63,577 nt of DNA, filler included, from Pelomyxa schiedti (GCA_020536535.1; 3 parts of 3 records of this genome joined end to end with filler, not necessarily neighbours in it), one strand, 5' to 3'. Shown: positions 35,989 to 48,917, numbered from the whole stretch's first letter. Numbers and translations are program-made. Notes: generated by a model from the letters alone, not told the origin.

Positions 35989-36188
35989 CGTGTCGATGAC
36001 AGTGACGAAAAAAATTTTGGTGATCTCAGGCAGCCAGGTGCGTAAGTAGTAGGTTGCAGAAAGTACCAAAATTTCGAGGGGAGAACCACGTGTGGCACTT
36101 TTTGTTGAGAGGACCAAGTTGGAGATGTAGAAACAGTGACCAAAGAGGGGATTACAATTACATGTAAGTGAGCTGCTGAGAAGTGGAA

Positions 36189-36270
36189 GTGTTGGTGGCC
36201 GAGTGGTCCAAGGCGCTAGATTTAGGCTCTAGTCACTACGGTGGCGTGGGTTCAAACCCCACCCAACACA
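36189..36270 (+). tRNA. tRNA-Leu (anticodon UAG)
   Basis: Acceptor GTGTTGG/CCAACAC+A, D arm GGCCGAGTGGTCCAAGGC, anticodon stem CTAGA-TTTAGGC-TCTAG, long variable arm, T loop GTTCAAAC, T run downstream. Confidence 0.95.
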
Positions 36271-36670
36271 TCTTTTTCCTTTGTTGAGTTTATTGGGGTA
36301 GCTTGGTTGAAACATAAGCAAGCACCTGAACAGCAGCTCCTCCTCACATTCCCGTGATCAGGTAAAGAAACGAATTCACAGTCCCACAAAAGAACCTTCT
36401 CACGAATCAGCCATTGTGTGAACAGTAACATTGACTTCTTCAATAGCAGGCTCTGCCACTCCGGGGTGGTCTATTCAGACTGTGCGGCAGACGATGAGGT
36501 CCCACTGCCCTGTTCAACGTGTCAGGTTATCAGAGTTCTCTCCCAAGAGCTTGCTTCAAGCTTCAGTGCGAGGGTCATAGGTGCCATTCCAAAATTGAGC
36601 ACAGTTTGGGTGTCACCACCGACCGGTGAACGTTCAACGCTGCTGCCTTTACAAGCACCTGCAAAAAATA

Positions 36671-36752
36671 TGTGTTGGGTGGGGTTTGAACCCACGCCAC
36701 CGTAGTGACTAGAGCCTAAATCTACCGCCTTGGACCACTCGGCCACCAACAC
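36671..36752 (-). tRNA. tRNA-Leu (UAG), inverted second copy with one anticodon-stem substitution
   Basis: Reverse complement is identical to 36189-36270 except C>G at the first anticodon-stem base (GTAGA/TCTAG). Confidence 0.9.
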
Positions 36753-36950
36753 TTCCATTTCGAGAGAAACGGACATGTTCCGTGCATCAGTGGGAGAACG
36801 AATTGAATTTCAAGCAAAGAATTCAAGTCATTCCTCTCTACGGAGTACCTCACTCAAGTGGCCTTGGCTTTTTTAGATGTAACAAAACGATCTTGTTGCA
36901 GGTTTTCTTTTTTTATTTGTTTTATGTTGCGCTGTGCACCTTTCTTTTGC

Positions 36951-39900
36951 TTACTCGTATACGCTGCCTTTGTATGAGCACTTGATTACTTTGAATTTCT
37001 TTGGCCCCAATTTGGTCTTTCCTTCACTTCCCAGGTCAAGGGCCAGCTGTGTGTTGTGGCGATGTAAGTAAAGAAGAAGAAGGATGCGTTGTGATAGTAC
37101 CTCGACACTGTCTTTGTCAACGAACTCCACAAAGGCATACTTGGTTCTCTGTGGTTTGAGGTTTGCCACAGATGCACTGACTTTGCGGCTGTGCACGGAA
37201 ATTTGCATGATGGCACCACATCCATTGTCATAAAACAACTTCTTTAGTTGTTGTATGGTAACACTGAATCTATAGACTGTTAGGGAGAAAGCATACGGCA
37301 GGAAAGACATACGGTAAGGGAGTGCAGAACACAGTTTTTACAATGTGTTCTGGTGCTGTTACTCTCAGGTGTTCAGACAGATCAAGCTTAGACAATGTGA
37401 AAAAGAGAACGTAATGAAGTGGGGAGAAAACCTCAACAGGGGCAATCATAGAAACAACGTCGTTGAGGGTGGAGCTCTTGATCTTGTTTCCACCCAAGCA
37501 CAACTTCCGTAATTGGGATACTAACGCGGTAGTAGATGTCGAAGTGGTTGCTGTAGTTGTGGGAGTGGTTGTGCTTGTTGGGGTAATTGCTCCTGGGGCT
37601 GTTGCTGGTGGGGCTGTTGCTGGTGGGACTGTTGCTGGTGGGACTGTTGCTGGTGGGGCTGTTTCTGGCACAGGTGATTTGCCGTAAAAAGACTCCCTCG
37701 CAGCTTTGGCAAGTTCGATTGCTGTGTGATCGTTGATGAAATTGTATTTAAGCTTCAGCACCTGAAAAAAAGGGTAAATGATTCATAGCCAAAGGAGAAG
37801 AAGGACTTACTGCAAGGGTCTTATTATGTGGTAGGCTCAGGGCAATTGCAGTGGCACCCTTTGAACGTATTCTGTTCAAACCGAGATCCAGCTGAGTAAG
37901 GGATGTATTGTTCTTGATGGCCTCGGCAAAGTGCCTGGGAAAGGTGTATTACGAGTACGAAGAAAAAAACTGATTTGTACCTAGCACCCTCGATACTAAT
38001 GAAATTTCCAAACACACTCAAATCAGTAATACTCGGGTGGTTGTGCAGAGCTGCGGCCAGGTATTTCGCTCCACGGGCACCCATTCCATTGCTATACGGA
38101 GTGGGTGATCAAATTTTACAAACCCTACGTGTGATACCTTGCAACATCCAGGGTCTTCAGTTTGAAGTTCTTGGATAGCCCAGCCGATATTTTCTTAATA
38201 CCTTGCTTTGCGAGCTTGTTTCCACTGAGAAGAAGTGCAGTGAGAGTGGGGTGCCCTTTGATTGCGTTCCCAAGGGCTGTGCCGGCACCTGGCCCAAGAT
38301 TGCATTTTTGCAGATTTAACGTTACAAGAGACTAAAATTGTCCACCAGTTAGAAAAGAAGTGACAGTTCTGCATACTGTTGTTAGGGAAACTAGAGGCTG
38401 CAGAGATGGTCGAACAGAATCATGCCCGTAGAAGTCGTTCTTTGCCAAGTTCAGATCAATAAGACTACACATCCGAGGTCGAAGGTGTTCTTCTTCAAGG
38501 TCAGGGGAAAGACGCCTCTTCCTGAAAGTAAAAAATTAGTGCCACCTTGATGGTAAATCAAAGGCAACTCACTGCTTTATAAGTTCAAGTCTCTTCTTGA
38601 TGTTCTCAGGGTTGTCATAAATAGCCTCGGTAAAGGCGTTTAATCCATGAGCATCCATACCACATGATTCAAGATTGAGAAATTGTAGGTTCCGGTTGCG
38701 AGCAAGCGCCCACCCTAGCTCCCGACAGTGACTCCTAAAGCCACTTGTACTCATATCAATATTTGTAATACTCCTTATTTGTAGTTAGGAGGAATGATCT
38801 CGTTCCTTTAAGTATAATGAACCTGTTCTGAGATAAAGCATGCAAGACAAGAGGCGTCATGTACTCTTCAATGTTTGTTTCAAAGAAATTTATCTCTCTG
38901 AGAGTGATAGTAACTTCAAAAAGCTTGATCAGTGCCTCACACAACTCGTTGCATGTGCTTCCAAGCTTCATTCGGGAAATGTTCAGAGACTCAATAGTCC
39001 GACTGTAGGCCAAATTCTGAGTTTTTGAAGAGTCGTTAGAACCAATAATCTTAACTAAACAAGCGAATACCTGAATGATTTGAGAAAGGCCAAGTGCTGA
39101 GAAAGGATTTTTCCCAATGTGTAACACTCTCAGAGTCTTATTGTGGTAAAGGGCCTTAGCAAGAATATTGGAACCTACACAAGGATACCATTAAAACCTA
39201 AAAAATGGGGGGATGGTGGAACAAACCAGCTTCATCAATCTGACAGTTATCCAGATTGAGGAAAATCAAAGTTTTGTGTGTTTTAAGAATTTTTGCAACA
39301 CTTTCAGCACCCTCACTTCGGAGGGGATTTCCCTCCAAATTCAAGTAAGCGAGATTGGTGGCACTCATAATTCCCTGAGTGCAATTCCATGAGGAAAAGA
39401 AAATAAAGACAGAAAGAAAACCTCCTCAAGCATGCTTATGCAATCGGATGTGAATTGAGTATACCGGAGGTCTAAAGCTCGCAAGGAACTGTTATTCTTA
39501 AGTCCTTTACAAAGGGCAATGGTTCCCTATGGAAAAAAGTTTGAAAAAACCAAAGGAAAGTACGTTTTTTTTACCTTGGGCCCTAGAGGCGTCTCCCCCT
39601 TGAGCAACACAAACTTTTGCAGCCGGAAGAGTTTTGTGATCTTCTTTTATTAGAGGAAAAAAGGGAAAAATCATGGACTCACCAGTGCCGTGAGGAAGTG
39701 GTAATGAGATTTGATGTTGGTTGTGGGTATGACAGTGTGCTCTACTACAGTAAGGGTAGGTGCACTAAGTTCTAGAACTTCATGTAAACGGGTGAAGTCC
39801 GGATTATCATTGAACTTGTTAAGCATATCCTACAAGTAAGAAAGGTAAGCAAGGAGTTTATACTGTGGTATTACTTGAAGATTTAGTTGCAGATATGTAT

Positions 39901-42900
39901 GCTTCCAAGGTTGTTCTGGAGGTGTTATATTTTGATCCCACGGAGGTAATTCAGCTATTCCAAACCGCGCAATGCACATTTCCCTCCATTTTTTCTCATC
40001 GTTTACAAGAATATCTGGGAGCTTGACTGCAGATTCAGCAGATTCTGTCTCAGTATCAGGGTCCGTTGTTTCTCCTGGTGTTCGTTTTGGCTTTTTGACC
40101 ACTGGGTTTTTGACGGGAAGTGGAATGTCATGTCTTATCATAGATTCCAAAGAAACAAACTCTTTCAATTGTTGCTGTTATTTCCAATTCATGAGACCTT
40201 TGATTGTAAACAAAAGGTTCTACCTTCAGGTACTCGTCAGGGGAAATAACATCCATAGCACGACCACCATGGTAATGCCTCTTCTCTGATACAAGTACAG
40301 CATTTCGCAGACGGTTGCACATTTCTTCATCAGTAACAGGCTGAAAAAGATTCAATGGGAATCGGGTTATCCTAAAATGATACCGGAAGACCAAGCCTTT
40401 TGTAATAATCTTGGTAATTGTCAATTGCCTTGATCTCTACAAATGCTTTTTGTAGACTGACTAACAATTCCGGTGTGGGAAGGCCAAAGTACTGGTCATA
40501 TTTCGCAGCCACTGTCTGTAGCCATACATTAGATTTGAAGAAGCTCGTGAGTGAGAAAAGTACCGCCAGAGGAACAGTTGGTGGGTGCACAAGATCAACG
40601 AGTGCTTTATGGAACATCAGTAACTGGTAGCTTGCCTTGCACAAGTCAAAGGTTATTCGAACTGAAGCCCATTACAGAGAAACAAAACACAAAGGTTCAA
40701 ACCTCTATCTCTGTCAATTTTGGGGTCTGGAGCAGTTTTGGCAAGGTTCGCTTTGTTCTTGATAATCCACAACACATTCCTTGCATCGTTTTCAGCAACA
40801 CAAATATCCAGAATCTGAAAAAAATGTCATAAATGAACTGGTCACTAAAGAAAAGACCTTTGCAGAAGGAAAATCAACTACTGACAGAAGTGGCAAAATG
40901 TCAGCTAAGACAGGTAAGGTGTCCTTGCGTGAGGCTCTGGAACCATTCAAAAATTATCGTGGTAATCGAAAAAATGTACATTGGGTCTGTGACGAACTGA
41001 GAGACTAGTTGATTGCATTTCTCCTGAAGATCTTTATTGTTTGCCAGAAATGCAATCAGCAACCTATGGAAAGAACAGTAACCCCGAAGGCACTTCACAG
41101 TTGTGTGAATCTGGCCTTTCTCCATCTGTTGATAGGAGGTTGTGGTTAAAATATGGTCACCGAAAACAATAAAAGAACCTCAAGGGCAAAACCAGACATC
41201 AATTTGCTGAGAACATCAATTGCCATTTCGGGTTTGTAGTTGTGGTGGCTTCCTCCACAAATAATACCAATTGCCCTAAAATCAATTGAGTGTTTTTTTT
41301 TTTTTTTAAAAAAAAGAGGACCTGGGTGCCAAGTGCATGGCACGTTGTCCATGCTCTTGGTTGATATATAATGGTAACCAATGAGTACTTGTTGCTGCGT
41401 TATCTGCACTGCGGAATAGCTTCATCTTCCGGAACACATTTAGTGATACGACATCTAGAGGGCTGCTAATAGAGTATATCTTTCCAGTCCGGTTATCATC
41501 TTTATACGAGATTCCGACACCAAGTGTGGCATTCTTTGAAAAAAGTTAGAGACAATGCTGTTCTCCAAGTGGTAGTAACCTCAGGCGGAAGGAAAGACTT
41601 GCGAGAATAGAAACAGATTATCTCAGATCTTATTCTGTCCAATTCGGGAATCTGAAGCATTATGGGGAAAAAAAGTACAAAGGAGGGAGTTGACCTTCAT
41701 TATGAAGTCGGTAGGTTTCAGAGCAGAAAATTGAGGCCAGGGATGTTGCGGGCCATGCTTACACTTAGGAGCTTTGCAATTGTACCTGTTGGCCTCCTCC
41801 ACAACCTTTCTGTACTCGCGCTTTCTTTGTAGAATTTGAAGGAAAGTGGAAAAGTCAATTGATTGGTCATCAGGAAGACTGAGCATCCGGTAGTATAGTG
41901 CCAATTCAGCTTGACTGAACATGGTTAATTGATGGCATCACATTGACTCACAAACCTGGGCTTTCGTTCACCGACCTCAAGCATAAGTTCCCTAATCTCG
42001 GCTGGTTTAAGGGTTCCTTCTCCTTCTTGGTCCTTATTTTCAAATACAACTTTCCAAGCAGAGGTCTGCTTTTGTGAGAAACTGTTTTGACCCTTGATGA
42101 GACACGAGTGAAAAATCGCTCAATATTACCTGACATTGTACCCAGGGTGCATGTGAGAGGCCTCCAAACCATCCAATAAAAAGGACTGCAGCTGCAATAA
42201 AATAGATTGGACAGAGTAAGCCGGTGTCCACCCATGATGGGGTTCCCGGGTGCTTTCAAGCATATCAAGACACACTACTATAGTAAGTACAGCAAAAAGC
42301 TACACATTTAAGACCTTTGTCATTGAATACGAAGGGGTGTGGGATATTGTTGAATAGTGTTATAGACGGCGGGGAATCGGGGTAATTATCGGGAAACTAT
42401 TGCCGCGGGTTAAGTTTGATTTTTATGGTATAAATGTACATCGAGGGCAATGTGGAATATACCACCCTCAAAGGGTGATTGTGCAGGACCTCTCAAATTC
42501 CCGTGCCAGTGGAACTAGTATGTGTAACTATAGGAAACAGAAGGAAAAACCAAACCAAGTCATCGTCCAGTGGACCAGCATTAACAAAAGGAAGTGGCGT
42601 AGTTTGGAGCTCGTTCATATCCTTGATCAATCTCTTTATTGCCCTTATCTGCTCCTTTGAGTACCTATCAAAATCATGTCAAATGCCATTCCATTCTAGA
42701 AGTAGGGAAGAAAGAAAAAGAGTGGCGGAACAAAGAAACAACGTATAAATAGAAATGTAAATAGCCAACAACAACAGTCAGGTAATGGGGGGGGCAACTG
42801 TACTTTTTAGCCTTCCCACCCACAGAGGAGCTCATCACAGACAAGGAGTCCTCCCTTTCCGCCTCGGGCTCTGGCCTGCGTCGCTCCTTGTCCCTGTCCT

Positions 42901-42953
42901 CCCTCCCCGTGAGCCTCTCCACGCCCCAGTTGTCGGTCCTGTCCCTGCTCCTA

Positions 42954-42987
<34 letters not shown>

Positions 42988-43315
42988 ACCTCCTGCCCCT
43001 CCCCCGTCCCCCAAACCCGCCCCTGCCCCTGCCCCTGCCCCTGTCCCTGTCCCTGTCCCTCCCATCCCTTTCGTAGCCTGGGCGGTCTGGGCGGTCTCGG
43101 TCGTAGCCGCGGGGGCGCTCCCTTGGCTCCCCCAGCCTACTCCCGTAGCCTCGCGCCGGCGCCACAGGGACCGCGACGGTTACGGGTACGGGTACGGGCT
43201 TGGCCTCCGACCAGTCCCCACCAGGGGGCCGGGCTGCGTCCCATGTGGACTTCGGGGCGCCGCGGCCTCCGCGGGCGTGGAACGGCCGGGGTTTGCCACG
43301 TGTTGCACGTCGCAT
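36951..43315 (-). CDS. Large multidomain protein: RGG/RS-rich N-terminus, UBC/E2 domain, EF-hand-like segment, uncharacterised domain, RI-type LRRs, C-terminal RRM
   Basis: KRLIKDMNEL..FHWHGNLRGPAQSPFEGGIFH..FPDNYPDSPP..HPFV..VCLDML..WTPAYSVQSILLQLQ; many LxLxxNxIxxxGAxxLAxAL repeats; RNP1 KYAFVEFVD. Confidence 0.75.
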
Positions 43316-43631
43316 TTTCTTCTTTTAGGGTGTAAAGATATCAAGATCTTCTTGGGTAGGTCGCTGGTTTGTTGGGGTTGGTCCTTGCGTGGCGTGCTTC
43401 GCGGGTTTTATTTTTCGTTCTTACAGCGTTTTGAACGGAATCAGGAAAACGTCTTTCTCAAATGGGAATCAAAGCGCTCAGTTCGGGAATATTCTCCGCC
43501 AGTCCTCGTCCTCTCACTGTAACAGGGTGGGTGCTAACCTATCGCTGAGGAAGTTCTCAGTTTGTTTCCCTCCAGAAGTGAACTGGCTTGGTTTCTCACT
43601 CAAAACGCACAAAACAAGTTTGATTCTAGAG

Positions 43632-44948
43632 ATGAAGGTGGTGCTGCACCATGCGTCTCGCGTTACGTCGCGGAGCAGCCCCGCGGTGGTGAATGTGATG
43701 CCGACTCCCACAACTGTCGTTTGTACCACTACGAGCGGGGGCGCCTCGGATTCGTCGGGGGCAGCGGAATCTGGATCTGGGGGAATGTTTGGGGGCAGGG
43801 ATCTGGGCGAGGTGGCGGGCACGGACCCGAGGTCGCTGGTGGTGCAGGCGTATTTGACCCTGCTGCATGTTGACTATTGTGGGATTTTCACGGAGCAGGA
43901 CGCAATTACCCAGGGATGTGGAGGTCGGTGTTCCTTTTCCTTTTTTTTTTTTTTTTTGTTATTTTTCTATTCTTTCGTTCTTCCACTGTTTGGTGTTGAT
44001 AGAAATTTGTGGTGTTTCAATTGAAACCTGATACGCGGCTAGATAGCTTGCCACTTTTAGCAGTTTGGGAGGAGGGTGTGAATGAAACGGAGGAGCCAAA
44101 GCTATTTGCAGGAACATATTCGGCGATGGAGTACTTGGCCCGAGTTGTGTTTGTTGTATGTACCGTCATCTGCGCGTATACACCACCGCCTCTTCGAGGA
44201 AAATTTGAAAAGTTTTAAAGTCACATGCACCCATTATGATACTACTAGCAAACCATATATTGCATGAACAGCTTGCTGCTGTAGGGAAGAGACAGTGACG
44301 AAACCGCGTTTGCACAGCAGATGGCCGATCTCTATTCTGTTCTCAGTATACTCGACGGGAAGCTTTACCCTGCACTGGTTCATAGAACATGTCTCCCCTA
44401 GACAGATTAATTAAAGTACTTTAGAATTACATCTTGTGGCATGATGAAGCAACATACAATCATGTTACAAGGACCACTTTTTGCCAGTCCATGCCATTTC
44501 TCCTGAGGCATCTTGTGCCCCCCTTTCGAAAACGAACCTCGTTGACGCAGTTTGTCAGTACTCCGCAGGTTACTACTGAGTTCCAACACTACTGAAAACT
44601 GAACTGCTTAGGCCCAAGATAGGATTTCTGAGTGTCTAACATCACTTACTACTCTTCTTGGTGAGAAGCAGTTCTTTGGTGGCAGGTATCGCGTAGTAAA
44701 CTCGCCCCCCTTTTTTTTTTGAACTCATACCTTTCCTTCTCTTAGTTCTCCCTCTGCCATCGATGCAGCTGTTTTTGCATACATTTTTGTAAGTCAACAA
44801 CCCAACTTCACATACACAATCCGCTCACATACACTTGTAGGTATTGTACGGCACCCCCTTTCCATTTGCAGGCATACGCACTGTTCTCGGCAACCACATG
44901 CCCCTCGTTCAGCTGGCCAACACCATGCACTCCCTTCTCTTCGCCTGA
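43632..44948 (+). CDS. Metaxin/Sam37-like GST-fold protein, multi-exon
   Basis: DPRSLVVQAYL, LPLL, LYPALNYILWHDEATYNHVTR..MPFLLRHLVP, CLTSLTTLLGEKQFFGG..PSAIDAAVFAY. Confidence 0.75.
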
Positions 44949-45064
44949 TTTCTCCACCCACCAACTTGGATTGCCTTAGTGGAACTGCCCTTCGTTGCTA
45001 GGAAACGACCAATTCCCGGAAAATTCGTCTTCCCATAATCCGTTAAGTTCTTGTGGTGCGTGTG

Positions 45065-47808
45065 ATGAAGGGAACGGCGAGCGCCAGCGGATCGTCGTCG
45101 TACAACGAGAGGTTCTTGATACCAGGATCGGCGGGAGCTCGGGGGGCGGCGCAGGCGCGAGACGCCGGAGCCCTCGAGGCGTCGGGCGACGCGGAGCTGG
45201 CGGTTGAGACTTACTTCGCGGCCTTGGAGTCTCTGTCGTCCGCACTAAAGAGTGAGTTCGCGGTGCGACTCACCTTCATCACACACATCAGCCCAATTGT
45301 TAGAGATCTACCCGGCGGGAATTAAAACCCCTGCTCACCTGCCACCCACCACTTGCACGACGACGGCGAAGCATTTTAGCTGTTTAATATTTATTTGGGC
45401 TATTATATAGAAGCAAGTAACTGACAGATCCACGTAGATGAGACATGGCTTGGGGCAGATGCCAAGGACTTCATAACACGCAAGAAATCTTGGTGTTTAG
45501 AACGCGCACAAGCCATTCTCGACAGTGAGAAACCACCTCCCGTTCCACCTCGCCCTACCGGTCCCTTGCCTACACACAATGTGGCACAGCGTGACTCACA
45601 TACGGCTTCGCAAACGACGTTTTCTCCGGGTCGGAGCCCTACAGATTACGGCATGCCTGTCCAGTGCCCTTCACGGGTGCAAAATCTTCAATGTTCCTCA
45701 CCTGTTCAGACACTGAGGAGTAGTGACACACAGCAGCTTCCTCCATCTTTTTTGGCAGCATGCACGCCGCCACCTCCTTATCACCCACAATACACACTGC
45801 AGCAGCCTCAGCCGCGCCCTGCCACGATGCATTTATCTGCACCCTTGTTTGCTGTACCTTCCTCGCCTGTCCACGTTGTTGCACATCAGGGACCACCTTT
45901 TGGTTCCCCTCTATTTGTGACTCCGATTGGAAATTCCTATGAAGAGATTCTTTGTCCCCCAAGACCACTTCCAGAAGCTCAACCCCCTCCCTTGACTCCG
46001 TCCATGCCACCATCAGAATACCCACCTGAAACTAAACCCCTTATTTCCGCATTATTCAATGGCGCTCACCAACTATTGCAATCGGCGGCACAACGGAGAC
46101 ATACTATACATTTGACAGATCTCTCAAGCTGTACAAATCCACCGGCTACTAGGCAACCACCTCCAAGCACTGCGAATGCACTGGCTACTCAGCAAACACC
46201 TCCAAGTACTGAGGCTTCATCCGGTGTTGATCCTCCTTTGAAACTCGTGAAGGACTCTCATGTATTCATGGTTATAACGGGAATTAGGGATTCTGTATGC
46301 CCCTTTTTCCTATTGATTATTCTTATTGCTCGCAGATTGTAACAGAAAAGAATGGAATTCCCAAGCCAACATTTCTCACCAGCTATAGGTACATCAAAAA
46401 AAAAACCCTAAGTAAGAATAATAACGGCTACTTAGAACCAACCTAGGCCATGCTCCTGTTTCAGGGCCAGCCCACGATTTTGTGAAGTGCACTCACAATT
46501 TTGATTTTTACTCCTACTCTGGGAATATCTTTAGAATGCTGAGAAATCTGTCTGGCCTCAAGGATAGTGACTTCTTGGTTCATCCTTTATTTTTGGTCCC
46601 TCTCACCTCAATGTCTATCACAGGAGTCTTTTCATTTTACTACAGAGAACAGAGACATTTCTCGAGAAGGGCTATGCCCGCTAAGAAGTGCCGGTAAAAG
46701 TGGCAGTTTCTTCTATGGCACCCCCGATATGAAGTTGTCTTTTTTGGTGTGCTGGGCTCTAATGTAGAAGCTAGGTACATCATAAAAACAATAACTGACG
46801 ATGAACATAACACACTTGTTTGCATGCTTTATGACTACCACACTGTACCTTTTTTTTTTTTTTTAATATTTCACTCCCACCTATATAAACTACAGCACGT
46901 CAATAGCAACACTGAGTCCTTACTTGTCCGTTTTTATGGTTTGTTTTGGATTACATATGAGGATATATCTATGCGTTTTGTAGTAATGGAAAATATATTT
47001 CCACCACAGAAGAATCTCATACAAGTCAGATATGATCTAAAAGGTGTGCATGTTTTTTCATTTTCTTTACTTTTGTATAAATCTAATTTTCTGTAGGCTC
47101 GACCGAGGGAAGGCCAGTAGTTACCCTTTTTTTTTTTAAAAAAAAAAAAAAAACCAGCCTACTTTCAAACTTAGTCTGCACAGATGTGCGTCAAAAAAAG
47201 AGCTTTCCGATCCCGCACCCGTTCTTAAGGATTTGGATCTTTTTGAGGCTAAAACGCGATTGGAACTTGGCCCTGTTAAAAGAGCTCTATTGCTCCAGCA
47301 AATCTACAAGGACTGCTGTGTAAGTCTTGGCAATTCGGCAAATTGTTAGTCATTGGGGCATAAATTAGTTCCTTGAGAAGCACCAGATAATGGACTACTC
47401 TCTACTTGTTGGCGTACATACGTGCGCTACAACTGGATGCTGTATTCTTTCGCGAACAGAGCACCCTGCTTCCGCCATGTATTTCCGTTCTTTTTCTTTC
47501 CATTATTCATGTTGTTCAGGTCAATTTTCCGTCAAGATGAAGGCGGAGGATTCATGTCCTCCATGCACGATAACAGCCCTTCTCGAGTGATCTACTTCAT
47601 TGGAAGTATGTATTTTCTTGTGCCCTTCCCTGAACCTTTACATTAGCCTCCACCAGTTATCGATATTCTACAAGAATACAATATTAGAAAAAGGGCTGAA
47701 ACCAAATACCGATTTTTTGCAACCCATGGCTCTGATGGGGTGTCTTGTGTAGACCCAGCTTACTACAGCCATCGCTTCCAGGAGTTCATAGGCCAAGCCC
47801 TTTCCTAG
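45065..47808 (+). CDS. Phosphatidylinositol phosphate kinase (PIP5K family)
   Basis: GKSGSFFY..YIIKTI, LLVRFYGL, RYDLKGS, LKDLD, MDYSLLVGVH, IIDILQEY, SCVDP.YYSHRF. Confidence 0.92.
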
Positions 47809-47912
47809 TAAAGGTAACAGGAAACACTGTAGAAATACATTCAACTCTCTTATAAGAAAAAAGCTTCTTTGTTGTTTTCTTCCCAAAGTTCTGAACAAGG
47901 CATTTCCTTGTG

Positions 47913-48917
47913 TCAGGGGTCATTATTTGGCTCGGTTTTGGAGGGAGCATTATCTGGGCTTTCTTGTGTTGTAGTGTCAGTGAGACTAGTTGGGATGGAG
48001 GAAGGGGGGGGTTTGCCCAGTCGCCGCGCTATAAAGGCATCACCCCACTCTAGGTGCCTTGCTTGTATTCCATCCTTCGTTTGTATCCTCATGTCGGCTA
48101 GGCTGGTGAGGGCCTCGTCAGGGGACCTTCCGCGCAGTCTGAGCAGCGCGTAGGCACACATGCCGGTGCGGTGAATCCCAGCGGAACAGTGTATCATCAC
48201 GCTGTTGCCGGCGTCAATCTTCTCAGATAGGAGAACCACAAAAGCCTCCAGAGGGCTTCCAGGCTCCGGCGGCATGCTGTTCTGGAGCGGATGCCAAAGC
48301 CACTCCACCTGCGCACGTGCACACACAGAAGCCTCCTTCGCGCCATCAGCCCGCGGCACCTCGGCATTCCGCGATTCGATCTCTCCGCCAGGAGGTTCAG
48401 AACCACAACTCGCCACGGCAGTAGAACTAACAGAGGAGACACTCGTGATCGCGGTTGTGGTTGTGGTTGTGGTTGTGGCGGCGCAACAGATTCCCCCAGA
48501 TTCTTCCTTCGGCTCCTCCCCCTCCTCCCCTTTCCCCTTGGAGGGATCTGCTGCTCCGTCCTGCGCGGGCCTGTCCGCTGCCCCGCCGCCGTCGCCCCGC
48601 CCGCCGCGGGATCCCCGCCCTCCGCCTCGCTGGGCCTTCTGCCGCGCCTTGCGGCCCCGCGCCACGCCCTGCCGGCCGCTCCGCATCGACTCCAAGTCGC
48701 CGTCGCTGGGCGGGGGCCTCTCGCCGCTGCTCGCCACGGCGGCCTCCAGCGTGGCGCCGACCTGCGCCCCGCCCTCCTTCTCCGACAGCAGAGTGACGAG
48801 CACGTACGGCCTGCCGCAGGCCCTGGCCTCGGCCACGAACAGATCCAGATCGGCCCGCCCCGGCCTGTGATACAACGTGGCGCGGCCACAGCCGAGCTGT
48901 ACCCACCTCCAAGCCAT
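47913..48917 (-). CDS. Cys-based protein tyrosine/dual-specificity phosphatase with a low-complexity insert, intronless
   Basis: LVTLLSEKEG, then a ~140-aa insert, WLWHPL, VMIHCSAGIHRTG (CX5R). Confidence 0.85.
   Translation of the reverse strand: MAWRWVQLGCGRATLYHRPGRADLDLFVAEARACGRPYVLVTLLSEKEGGAQVGATLEAAVASSGERPPPSDGDLESMRSGRQGVARGRKARQKAQRGGGRGSRGGRGDGGGAADRPAQDGAADPSKGKGEEGEEPKEESGGICCAATTTTTTTTAITSVSSVSSTAVASCGSEPPGGEIESRNAEVPRADGAKEASVCARAQVEWLWHPLQNSMPPEPGSPLEAFVVLLSEKIDAGNSVMIHCSAGIHRTGMCAYALLRLRGRSPDEALTSLADMRIQTKDGIQARHLEWGDAFIARRLGKPPPSSIPTSLTDTTTQESPDNAPSKTEPNNDP

Noticed and set aside
36640-36655. GCCTTTAC resembling U5 loop I
   Set aside because: One T short of GCCTTTTAC, with no U5 stem or Sm site.
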